The notes: generated by a model from the sequence alone, not told the origin. DNA of 51,568 nt from an uncultured Planctomycetaceae bacterium (GCA_964433865.1 CAYSUC010000002.1:1-51568); one strand, 5' to 3'. Positions 16,340-25,900 are shown, counted from the first letter of the stretch. Numbers and translations: made by a program.

Positions 16340-17879
16340 CGATCGGACGCCGCAGCGCGCCGGCATGATCGGCGACGACGAGTCGGCGTGCTCCCTGGGC
16401 CGCGACGTCGTGCAATCGAGCGGCGAACTGCGGATCGTCGGCGTTCAGTGCCCAGCCGGTGCGACGACTGTAGTACAGCAGATCGATCGTCGAACCGTGC
16501 AACGTGGCGATCGGTTCGTCTTCGGCGGTCAACCGATCGACCAAACGTCCCGCCTCGACCACGCCCCGGTCTTCGCCGGGCGTTCGGAAGGCCGGACCGA
16601 TCGACAAGTACAGTGCCGCTGCAACGGCCGCCGCCGCGACGAGCGGTTCGCATCGCAACCACGGGGCGGGCACGATCGCACGCAGGCGCCGCCAGCCGCA
16701 ACCCGCCGCCAGAGCCGCAGGGGGCAACACGACGAGGAAATAGTAGTTGGCGTGAAAGAACTTCAACGGCAGCAGCACCGGCAGCGCCATGGCGAAGGCG
16801 AGCCAGGCGAGGAACTCGCGAAATCGCCGATCGCACGCCCCGACGCACGCCGCGATCAGCCCCAACGGCGTAAGCATCAGGCCCGCGATGAAGTACGCGA
16901 GTCGGGCATAGTAGGCGGGATCGAAGAGCAGCGGATGCGGGAAGCCGTGAACGGCGGCGCGGCTGAAAGGATGAAAATCGGCGGCCGGTCCGGACGTCGG
17001 CGAGACCTGCGCGACCCAGAGGTACCACGCGGCGACGGGGGCGAGCGCGACCATGTGCGTCGCGGCGGCGACCGTCGCCCGGCGGCGACCATCGTCTTCG
17101 GTTCGCAAGCGGCGCCACGCCGCGAGGCCGAGCACGCCGAGCATGCCGAGCAGGTAGATTTTGGTGACGACCAACAGCGCCGTCGCCCCGGCCGACGCAA
17201 CCAGGGCCGGAGGCCGCCGGTCGTGCAACCAAACGTCCAGCGCATCGACCGCCGATAGCGAGAGCGCCGCGATCGAGGCCTCGAGCATGAAGCTCTGTCC
17301 GTAGATGATGCTGACCGGAGCACAGGCCAGGACGAACCCGGCGACGCGGCCTTCGAGCTCGCCGAACTTGCGGCGTCCGAGCCGGTAGGCGCAGACCACC
17401 GCCAGGCACGTCCAGGCGATCGCCGTGATGCGGCCCCAGGCGTCGAGCGAACCGCCGCAGGTTCGCCAGACCAGCGACGTCAGGAAGGCCGAGGCCGGCC
17501 ATTCCATCAGATGCCACGATCGTTCGCCGCCGGAGAGGCAATCGAGCGTCGGCTGCCACGCCGGGGCGACACCTTCGGCCCAATTGCGCGCCGCCATGGC
17601 ATAAACGACGTTCTTCGTCGCGAAGTGCCCGACGAGCGGACGGTCGACGGCGACGATCCGCAGACCGACCGTGAGCGCCAGCAGCGCCAGGATTGCCCGC
17701 CGATCGTAACGCGCGGGCGCCGCAACTTCGGCAAACGGCGACGGATGGGGCGAACGGTTCACGATCGAATTCTTGAGCGACTGGCAAAAAGATGCGGACG
17801 ATTCCGATTGTGACGCCGAAATATAGCGATGCCCGGCCGATGGTCCCAGGTCGCTTGCCAAGCGCAGCGCCGCGGGCAC
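16233..17879 (-). CDS. GT-C fold glycosyltransferase (ArnT/PMT_2-like, polyprenyl-phosphate-sugar dependent)
   Basis: Polytopic N-terminal ~400 aa (RITAIAWTCLAVVCAYRLGRRKFG, FVLACAPVSIIYGQSFMLEASIAALSLSAV) plus a soluble C-terminal domain. The maximal ORF starts at GTG 17879. An internal GTG at 17762 (VNRSPHPSPF...) about 20 aa before TM1 is an equally plausible start. Confidence 0.6.
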   Translation of the reverse strand: MPAALRLASDLGPSAGHRYISASQSESSASFCQSLKNSIVNRSPHPSPFAEVAAPARYDRRAILALLALTVGLRIVAVDRPLVGHFATKNVVYAMAARNWAEGVAPAWQPTLDCLSGGERSWHLMEWPASAFLTSLVWRTCGGSLDAWGRITAIAWTCLAVVCAYRLGRRKFGELEGRVAGFVLACAPVSIIYGQSFMLEASIAALSLSAVDALDVWLHDRRPPALVASAGATALLVVTKIYLLGMLGVLGLAAWRRLRTEDDGRRRATVAAATHMVALAPVAAWYLWVAQVSPTSGPAADFHPFSRAAVHGFPHPLLFDPAYYARLAYFIAGLMLTPLGLIAACVGACDRRFREFLAWLAFAMALPVLLPLKFFHANYYFLVVLPPAALAAGCGWRRLRAIVPAPWLRCEPLVAAAAVAAALYLSIGPAFRTPGEDRGVVEAGRLVDRLTAEDEPIATLHGSTIDLLYYSRRTGWALNADDPQFAARLHDVAAQGARRLVVADHAGALRRPIVSGVLRSLPIERAEPYGVIYRLDGATARLAPTSSR

Positions 17880-17933
17880 GGCATGGTGCTCCCCCTTTCG
17901 TTCTCGAACATGCCCTCAGACAGAGGTCCGATC

Positions 17934-18257
17934 ATGAACGCTCGGTTGTGGCTCGGTTTGGTGGTCGTGGCGGCGATGAACTGCTGCGGCTGCTCGATCT
18001 GTTGCCCTTCGTACGACTACTGCGGCCCGACGAACCCGGGTGAAAGCAACTCGATTTGCTGCGGCCGGTCGCGTCGCGGTTCGATCTTCAACGGCGAGTA
18101 CGTCGAGTACTCGGGCGAGCCGATTCCGGCGGAAGAAGGACGACAGGTCGATCCGCTGCCGGCGCCGGAAGCTCCGCAGAACGCGCCGATGGTGCAGCCG
18201 ATGACGTCGAAGCCGAAGTCGGCGTTGGTGTCGATGCGTTCGTCGCGGCGGCGCTAA
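17934..18257 (+). CDS. Small secreted cysteine-rich protein (hypothetical)
   Basis: ATG 17934 inside ORF 17829..18257: MNARLWLGLVVVAAMNCCGCSICCPSYDYCGPTNPGESNSICCGRS... Signal-like N-terminus, 8 Cys within ~27 residues, then a Pro/Glu-rich tail. Confidence 0.45.
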   Translation: MNARLWLGLVVVAAMNCCGCSICCPSYDYCGPTNPGESNSICCGRSRRGSIFNGEYVEYSGEPIPAEEGRQVDPLPAPEAPQNAPMVQPMTSKPKSALVSMRSSRRR

Positions 18258-18350
18258 AGTCGGGGTAGCGGCGCAGGCTGCGGCGAGCCCCGATCGGAAG
18301 CGGCCGTTTCGTCGAGATTTCGCTTTACAGCCGACAGGCCGACGACTTTA
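18255..18350 (+). promoter_or_regulatory. Candidate structured 5' leader RNA upstream of the Nramp-like transporter
   Basis: A perfect 8-bp closing helix, TAAAGTCG (18255-18262) with CGACTTTA (18343-18350), encloses three local hairpins: GGGG...CCCC 18262-18291; GAAGC-GGCC-GTTTC 18297-18310; GTCG...CGAC 18311-18335. See findings. Confidence 0.3.
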
Positions 18351-18394
18351 ATCGGGCGATCGTTCACGCCCGCCCCTCGGCCTGCAAGCCCGTC

Positions 18395-19804
18395 ATGACC
18401 GAATCCACTCCCTCGCCGGCCGTCGCGCCGCTGCCGCAAACCGAACTTCCGCCGACGACGCTCGGCGGCATCTTGCGACGTCTCGGGCCCGGGCTGATCA
18501 TCGCGGCGTCGATCGTCGGCTCCGGCGAACTGATCGGCACCACGAAAACCGGCGCCGATGCCGGCTATTCGCTGTTGTGGCTGATCCTGATCGGCTGCGT
18601 CATCAAGGTGTTCGTGCAGATCGAGTTCGGCCGCTACGCCGTGGCCGAGGGAGTCTCGACGATCGCCGGGCTCGACCAAGTGCCGGGGCCGCGATGGCGC
18701 GTCGGCTGGCTGGTGTGGGCCTGGCTGGCGATGTTCGTCACCAGCGCCCTGGGGCAACTCGGCGGCATTCTCGGCGGCGTCGGCCAGTTGCTGACGTTCA
18801 AGTATCCGCTGTCGTCGAATCCGCAGACCGACGACCTCGTCTACAGTTTCGCGGTCGCCGTGGTCACGGCGGTGTTGCTCGTCGTGGGGCGGTATCGCGT
18901 CGTGCAGAACGTGTCGACCGTCTTGGTCGCGGGGTTCACGGCCGTGACGGTGTTCAATGTCTTCGCGCTGCCGTCGTTTTCGCACGCTCAGGTGGGCTGG
19001 GACCATCTGCGTTCGGGCCTCACGTTCTCTTTGCCCGAGAAAGAGGGAGCGCTGACCACGGCGCTAGCGACGTTCGGCATCATCGGCGTCGGGGCGTCGG
19101 AGCTGATTGCGTATCCGTATTGGTGCTTGGAATGCGGCTATGCGCGGTTCACGGGCGTTCGCGATTCGTCGACCGCCTGGGCCGAGCGGGCCCGCGGCTG
19201 GATGCGCGTCATGCGGTGGGATGCTTGGTGTTCGATGGTCATCTACACGTTCGCCACCATCGCTTTCTACGTTTTGGGTGCGGCCGTGTTGCACCCGCGC
19301 GGCCTGTCGCCGGCTCGCGAGGGCATGATTTCCACGCTCGCCACGATGTACGAAGACGTCTTTCATCCGTGGGGCGACGAGGTGTTTTTGTTCGGCGCCT
19401 TCGCCGTGTTGTATTCGACGTTGTTCGTGGCGACGGCCGGCAATGCGCGAGTGGCGGCCGACGCGCTGGGCGTGTACGGCCTGGTCGATCGGAGCGATGC
19501 CGCGCGGCGCCGTTGGACGCGCTATCTGTGCGGAGCGTTTCCGTTCCTGCAATTCGGCGTCTACTGGTGGTCGAAAGACCCGGTGGCGCTGGTCATCGTC
19601 GCGGGCCTGGCGCAGGCCATGCTGTTGCCGCTGCTAGGAGGCGCGGCGCTGTATTACCGCTACCGACGTTGCGACCCGCGGATCGCTCCGGGAGCCGTGT
19701 GGGACGCTTTCCTGTGGCTCTCGACGGCGGGTCTGGCCGTGGCCGGCGTTTGGGGCGCCTACGCCGAACTCGCCAAGATTTGGAAAGCGGCGACCGGCGG
19801 CTGA
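18395..19804 (+). CDS. Nramp-family-like metal ion transporter with a non-canonical first metal-site motif
   Basis: LGPGLIIAASIVGSGELIGTTKTGADAGYSLLWLILIGCVIKVFVQIEFGRYAV parallels MntH LGPGFL...DPGN...G..GY.LLW. About 11 TM. DPGN is replaced by GSGE. Confidence 0.6.
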   Translation: MTESTPSPAVAPLPQTELPPTTLGGILRRLGPGLIIAASIVGSGELIGTTKTGADAGYSLLWLILIGCVIKVFVQIEFGRYAVAEGVSTIAGLDQVPGPRWRVGWLVWAWLAMFVTSALGQLGGILGGVGQLLTFKYPLSSNPQTDDLVYSFAVAVVTAVLLVVGRYRVVQNVSTVLVAGFTAVTVFNVFALPSFSHAQVGWDHLRSGLTFSLPEKEGALTTALATFGIIGVGASELIAYPYWCLECGYARFTGVRDSSTAWAERARGWMRVMRWDAWCSMVIYTFATIAFYVLGAAVLHPRGLSPAREGMISTLATMYEDVFHPWGDEVFLFGAFAVLYSTLFVATAGNARVAADALGVYGLVDRSDAARRRWTRYLCGAFPFLQFGVYWWSKDPVALVIVAGLAQAMLLPLLGGAALYYRYRRCDPRIAPGAVWDAFLWLSTAGLAVAGVWGAYAELAKIWKAATGG

Positions 19805-19905
19805 CACGCGATTCGCAAGCTGCACGAACCCCGGCGGCTCCGATACGTTCGTCGGGTTGAACGTCGGGCGACATCACAACCAAGGCTGATGCCGAAGGAT
19901 CGGTC

Positions 19906-20286
19906 ATGACCGAACATTCACGAGGCGACGGTCGGAAGAGCGTCACCGGACTGGCGCTGCTCATCATCACCGTGGGCGTGGGTTGGCTGCTCAGCGCATT
20001 GGGCATCGGCGAGGGAATCAACTGGGTCTGGACGCTCGGCCTGGGCATGGTCGGCATCGGAACGTTCGCGATCGGCGGCGTCGATAAGGCCAGCGTCGTG
20101 TTCGGCCCCCTATTCCTGGCGGCGAGCGTCCTCTCCATCCTGCGACAAGCGGGCAAACTTCGTCTCGACACCGAGATTCCTCTGCTTGTGATCCTGATCG
20201 GCGTGCTGCTGTTGGTCGCGCAATCGCGACGCATTCGCGCGCCGAGCTGGTACGCCGACGACGCCCCGCGGTCGCGCGACGATTAA
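19906..20286 (+). CDS. Small integral membrane protein (hypothetical, ~4 TM)
   Basis: ATG 19906. Gly-rich hydrophobic segments: LALLIITVGVGWLLSALGIG, WVWTLGLGMVGIGTFAIGG, FGPLFLAASVLSIL, LLVILIGVLLLVA. Confidence 0.5.
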   Translation: MTEHSRGDGRKSVTGLALLIITVGVGWLLSALGIGEGINWVWTLGLGMVGIGTFAIGGVDKASVVFGPLFLAASVLSILRQAGKLRLDTEIPLLVILIGVLLLVAQSRRIRAPSWYADDAPRSRDD

Positions 20287-20314
20287 TGGCGGTCTGCGAA
20301 CACGCCGCCTCCGG

Positions 20315-21106
20315 TCAGCCGGCATCTTTGCAACGCCGGGCCAGCAGGCAGGTCGCCGCGTCGAGGTCCAAGTCGGCGAACAGCAGTCCTTCGACGCCGT
20401 ACGGCTGATGACACTGTAACGTACCGTCGGGTCGAACGACGGCCGAAGTCGTCGGCGAGCCGGCACCGGCACAGTTGACGCTCGCCAGATAGCAGGTGTT
20501 CTCCGCTGCGCGGCACAACAATGCCTTCTCGTGAAACGTGTTGGCCGGATCGGCGAACGTCGTCGGACGATACGCTCCGGGTTCGGCTTCGTCGTAATGC
20601 GGATGAAAGACGACCTGCGCACCGCGACGAGCGGCCCAGCGCACCGTTTCCGGATAACGAAACCCTTCGTGACAGATGACGACGCCGAAGGTCAACGGTC
20701 CGATCGAGAACAGGCTCCGCCCGGTTCCGGCCGAGTAGGTCGCTTCCTCGGACGGATCGAGTTGGACCTTGTCTTGCCTCCCCGCAATGCTTCCGTCGGG
20801 AAGGAAGACGACGGCGGAGAGCAACAGACGCTCGGCGTCGACGCGTTCGGTGCCGAGGACGACGCCGATGCGGGATCGGGCCGCGGCCGCGGCGACGGTC
20901 CGTATCGCATGACTCAGAAAAGCGGCGTCGGGGCGCGGGGCGGCGCGGCCGGGCCAGCGATACCCCGGCACGAAGGCCTCGGGAAAACAGACGATCTGCG
21001 CCCCGCCGTCGGCCGCCTCGCCGATCGCCTGCTCGGCCGCTGCGACCGCCTCGGCGCCGCTTTGCGGATACCTCAGATTCGCCAGTGCGATTCGATACGG
21101 GGTCAT
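20315..21106 (-). CDS. Carbon-nitrogen hydrolase (nitrilase superfamily)
   Basis: IVCFPEAFVPGY (Glu), RQDKVQL (Lys), FGVVICHEGFRYPE (Cys). 263 aa. 19 nt downstream of the pirin gene on the same strand. Confidence 0.8.
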   Translation of the reverse strand: MTPYRIALANLRYPQSGAEAVAAAEQAIGEAADGGAQIVCFPEAFVPGYRWPGRAAPRPDAAFLSHAIRTVAAAAARSRIGVVLGTERVDAERLLLSAVVFLPDGSIAGRQDKVQLDPSEEATYSAGTGRSLFSIGPLTFGVVICHEGFRYPETVRWAARRGAQVVFHPHYDEAEPGAYRPTTFADPANTFHEKALLCRAAENTCYLASVNCAGAGSPTTSAVVRPDGTLQCHQPYGVEGLLFADLDLDAATCLLARRCKDAG

Positions 21107-21125
21107 GCTGCGAAGCTTCGTACGG

Positions 21126-21824
21126 TCAGCCGAGGTCGAACAACAGGCATTCCGCGCCGGTCGTCGAGGCGAGCGTCAGTTCCGACTCCTGCTCCGCCGC
21201 TGCGCCGTCGCCGGCGTGCAACTCGACGCCGTTCAGCATCCCCGATCCGCGCAGCAACTGCAACCAAGCGTAACGCCCGGGCCGCAGCGGATGCACCACT
21301 CGGCGGCCGGCCTCGAGCGTCGCCAAGTACGCCCGGGCATCCTGGTGTATGTGCAACGCCCCGTCGTCGCCGTCGGGCGCAGCGACGAGTTGCAGTCGGT
21401 TGAGTCGCCCGGCTTCGTCGAATCGCCGCTGCTCGTAGCTCGGCGTATGCCCCCGACGGTCGGGCAGCAGCCAGATTTGGTATAGATGCACCGGTTCGGT
21501 GGGCGACGGATTGAATTCGCTGTGCGTGATGCCCGTGCCGGCGGTCATGCGCTGAAACTCCCCGGGGCGCAGCACCTCGCCGTTGCCCATCGAGTCGCGA
21601 TGTTCCAAGGCTCCGTCGAGCACGTACGTGACGATCTCCATGTCGCGGTGCGGATGCGTGCCGAACCCTTGTCCCGGCGCGATTACGTCTTCGTTCATGA
21701 CGCGCAGGGCTCGAAATCCCGTCTGTTGCGGATCGTAATACGAGCCGAACGAGAACGTATGGCGGGTATCGAGCCAGCCGTGGTTGAAATGTCCGCGCTC
21801 GCCGGTCTTCCGCACGTGAATCAT
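21126..21824 (-). CDS. Pirin family protein (bicupin)
   Basis: ATG 21824 inside ORF 21126..22097: MIHVRKTGERGHFNHGWLDTRHTFSFGSYYDP...GFGTHPHRDMEIVTYVLDGALEHRDSMGN... Confidence 0.9.
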   Translation of the reverse strand: MIHVRKTGERGHFNHGWLDTRHTFSFGSYYDPQQTGFRALRVMNEDVIAPGQGFGTHPHRDMEIVTYVLDGALEHRDSMGNGEVLRPGEFQRMTAGTGITHSEFNPSPTEPVHLYQIWLLPDRRGHTPSYEQRRFDEAGRLNRLQLVAAPDGDDGALHIHQDARAYLATLEAGRRVVHPLRPGRYAWLQLLRGSGMLNGVELHAGDGAAAEQESELTLASTTGAECLLFDLG

Positions 21825-22120
21825 GTGAATGCTGCCCTCGACGGACGACGGTCGGCATGGCGACCGCCTGGAACGGGACGATCGAGTCCGGAGCATTCTA
21901 CGCAGGCGACCATGATTCGTCGCAGCGATCGTCCGCGACCGAAAAGCGATGCCGTGTCGGCACCTCGGGGGTGGCGGCAAGCGGCCGACGACGTCGCGAC
22001 GAGGACGAGACCCGTGCGGCGACGGAGAAATCGGCCCTCGACGCCGCGTCGCGGTCGTCGTAAGTTGGTCGCGCGTCGGAATTGCGACGCCCGACATCCA
22101 CGACGTTCGCCGAGGTTCGC

Positions 22121-22885
22121 ATGCGATTGAAACACAAGGTTGCGCTGGTGACGGGGGCGGGAAGCGGCATCGGCCGCGCCATCGCCGAGTTGTTCGCCGC
22201 CGAAGGGGCAGCGGTCGTCGTGGCCGATGTGAATGCCGAGGGGGGCCGCGCGACGGTCGACGCCGTCGCAGCCGCCGGCGGCCGCGCCGCGTTCATCTCC
22301 TGCGACGTCGCGCGCGACGCCGACTGTCGTGCGGCCGTGGCGTTCGCCGTCGAGCGCTTCGGCGGCTTGAACATCGTCGTCAACAACGCCGCCGCCTTCA
22401 TCTACGGCAGCGTCGAGTCGGCGACCTACGAACAGTGGCACAAGGTTTGGGACGTGAACGTCGTGGGTCAGGCGCAGTGCGTGAAGGCCGCCCTGCCCGA
22501 ACTTCGCAAGGCCGGCGGGGGCGCGGTGGTGAACATCGCGTCGCAGAGCAGTTTCATCGCTCAGGCGAACTACGTTCCGTACAACTCATCGAAGGCCGGG
22601 GTATTGCAACTGACGCGCTGCCTGGCGATGGACCTGGCGGTCGACGGCGTACGGGTCAACGCGGTTTCGCCGGGGACGATTCGCACGCCTGCCGTGGATA
22701 CCTGCATTCGCACGCTGGGGATGACGCTCGAGGAGGGCTACGATCGCTTCGGCCGCGACGCCGTGCTGAAACGCTTGGGCGAACCGCGAGAAATCGCCTA
22801 CGCGGCCCTGTTTCTGGCCTCGGACGAGGCCTCGTACGTCACCGGCGCCAACCTCGTGGTCGACGGCGGAGCGACGATCGACTGA
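22121..22885 (+). CDS. SDR-family oxidoreductase
   Basis: ATG 22121: MRLKHKVALVTGAGSGIGRAIA... NNAA, and YNSSKAG (YxxxK). Confidence 0.88.
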   Translation: MRLKHKVALVTGAGSGIGRAIAELFAAEGAAVVVADVNAEGGRATVDAVAAAGGRAAFISCDVARDADCRAAVAFAVERFGGLNIVVNNAAAFIYGSVESATYEQWHKVWDVNVVGQAQCVKAALPELRKAGGGAVVNIASQSSFIAQANYVPYNSSKAGVLQLTRCLAMDLAVDGVRVNAVSPGTIRTPAVDTCIRTLGMTLEEGYDRFGRDAVLKRLGEPREIAYAALFLASDEASYVTGANLVVDGGATID

Positions 22886-22973
22886 ATCGGCCGCGCCCCC
22901 GGCGACTCGGCGCCGTGCGACGAGTTACAATGCATCGTAGGGGTTCGTTTCTCGTTGCGCGTGCGCGGATTCC

Positions 22974-25900
22974 ATGTCGACTCCTGCTCCGGCTCCCGGC
23001 ACTACCGGACTTTTGCGCGAGGCGTGCGCCGACCTGGTCCGGCGTCTGCGGCGCGGCGAAGCGGCCGCTGCGGAACAGTATCTGCAAACGTTTCCCGCCT
23101 TGGCTGACGACACCGACGCGGCCGTCGAGCTGATCTACTCCGAGTTCGCACTGCTCGACGAAACGGGACGCCGCCCAGACGAGGCCTCGTTCCTGGCTCG
23201 TTTTCCGCGCTGGTCGACGCAACTGCGCCGGCAGTTCGAGATTCACCGCCTGTTGAACGGCGATGCGGCCGCCGACGCCGCGGTCGACCCGACCGGAGAC
23301 GGCACGCAGCCGCTCGACGCGGAACGCTTCGGAGCCTACGAGGTCGTACGCCCGCTGGGGCGCGGCGGCATGGGCGTCGTCTACCTGGCGATCCATCGCG
23401 AGCTCGGCCGGCCGGCGGCGTTGAAACTGCTGCACGCCCCCGTCGGCGACGATGCTCGATCGCTCGAACGTTTTCGCAGCGAAGTCCGTTCGGCGGCGGC
23501 CCTGGTGCATCCGGGCATCGTGCAATTGTACGAACTCGGCGAGACGAGCGCCGGCCGACCGTTCGCGGCCTTCGAGTTCGTCGACGGAGGCACGCTGCGC
23601 AGCGCGCTCGCCGGTCGGCCTCGTCCGGCCTTCGCCGCGGCCGAACTGCTGCGCAACTTAGCCGAGGCGGTCGAGTGCGCGCATCGGGCCGGCATCGTGC
23701 ATTGCGATCTCACGCCGGCGAACATTCTGCTGGACCGCGACGGTCGGCCGAAGATCGGCGACTTCGGGCTGGCTCGCTGGCCGCGACGCGCCGATCCTGC
23801 GGCGAGCGCGGGGGAACCGGGCGCGGGCGACGATTCGTCGCCGGCGACGTCTCCGTCCGCGGCCTCCGACGGCGGCGAAGGTTCGAGCGTCGCGCTGGCG
23901 GGAACGCCCGGTTATCTGGCACCGGAACGCATCGACGATCCGGAGATCGCCGCGCCGTCGGTCGATGTGTACGGGCTGGGGGCCGTGTTCTACGAGTTGC
24001 TGACCGGCCGCGCGCCGCACGTCGGTTCCACGCCCTGGGAGACGTTGCGGCAGGCGAAGGAATTCGATCCTCCCTCGCCGCGCGAGTTGGTTCCGAGCAT
24101 TCCGCGCGACGCGGCGACGATTTGCCTCAAGTGCCTCGAACGCGATCCCGCGCGTCGCTACGCCGACGTCGCCGCGCTGACCGCCGATCTGCGTCGATTG
24201 CAGAACGGCGAACCGATCGCGGCCCGTCCGGTCGGAGTGCTCGAGCGAGGTTGGAAATGGGCCCGCCGCCGCCCGGGTTCGGCCGCGGCGCTGGTCTCGA
24301 TCGGCACGGCGCTGGTCGTGCTGCTGTTCGGCGGCGCTTGGTACAACCTTCGCCTTCGCCAGGCACTCGAGCAAACCACGGTCCAGCAGCGCCAGATCGA
24401 CGGCCAGCGGACCGAGTTGCAACGCCGCGTCGACCGCCAACGTCGCGACCTGTTCACCTTGCAACTCAATCAGGCCGAGGCGCTGGTCGAACGGGCGCCG
24501 CATCAATCGCGGGCCTTGCTCGACGACGTCGCGCATTGCCCGATCGATCTGCGCGACTTCGCTTGGGGACTGCTGCGGCGGCGAGCGTCGCAAGAGCGGC
24601 AAACGTTGCTGGGGCATACGGCTCCGGTACAGGCGGCGGTCGCCGCGAGCGACGGCAAGCTGCTCACGGCCGGAACCGACGACCGAGTGCTGACGTGGGA
24701 CGTCCGCCGCGGCACGGCGGTGAACGAGCGACTCGTGGATACGTCGCAAGCGACGCAACTCGTCTTGTCGCCCGACGGTCGGCGTCTGGCCGTAGCTCGG
24801 CCCGACGGCGCCCTGGCTTTGTGGAGCCTTTCCACGGCCGAACCGGTCGAGCGGCCGTTGCTGGGGCACTCCGGGCTCATTGCGGCGCTGCGATTCTTTC
24901 CCGACGGCAAATGGCTGGCCTCGGCGGGCGAAGCGGGAGATCTGGCGGTGTGGGACCCGGCCGGCCAACGGGTCGCCTCGATTCCGGCCGCCGAAGCGGG
25001 CGAGATTCTGTCGCTGGCCGCCGCCCCCGACGGGTTGCACGTAGCGCTCGGTTTGACCGGCGGGCGCGTGCGCATCGTCGACGTCGTCCGAGGTTCCGTC
25101 CGCGACGAATGGACCGAGGCCGGCAGCGCCGCGGTCGCGTACTCGCCCGATGGCCAGACGCTCGTGTCTTCCGATCTGGTCGACGGTCGGATCGCGTTTC
25201 GCGACACGAACGACGGTCGACTGCGCAAGACGCTGGAGTTTCCCGGCGTCGTGCTGCGGACCATCGCCCTCGATCCGACCGGCCGCTTGCTGGCCTATGC
25301 CGATGCGGATCAAACGCTGGCTGTCGTCGCCTGGGAGACGGGCGACGTCGTCGCCGAATACCGGGGACACGCCGATCGGATCGGGGCGCTCGCGTTCTAC
25401 GCCGCCGACGCCGTCGTCTCCGCCTCCGACGATCGGACCGTGAAGGTGTGGGACGTTCCCGGCAGGCCGGCCGCCGAGTCGCTTGCCGCCGACGATTCGA
25501 AGACCCTGGCCGCGACCATCGACCATGCGGGCCATCGACTGGCGACCGCCGGATACGACACCACGATCCGGCTGACGGCCTTGCCGCAAGACGCCCGCAC
25601 GGCCGACGTGCCGCCGGACAACGACGCACAGTTGCTTTCCGGACATTCGGGGGCCGTGTACGCCGTCCGTTTCCTGCCCGACGATCGGCGGTTGCTGTCG
25701 GGCAGCGAAGACGGCTCGCTGCGGCTCTGGAACCTGACGACCGGCAAGACGACACGCACTTGGGAACATCCCGATTGGGTGCTCGACGTGGTCGTCGACC
25801 CGACGGGCAACCGCTGCTGGAGCGGCTGCGCCGACGGTAAGATTCGCGAGTTCGCGCTGGATGCGGCCCGGCCGATCCGCGAGTTTCAGGCCCACGAGCA

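Noticed and set aside
20315-21824. The pirin and C-N hydrolase pair (19-nt gap) as something unusual.
   Set aside because: Both are common housekeeping or stress families, the motifs are canonical, and nothing in the sequence sets the pair apart.
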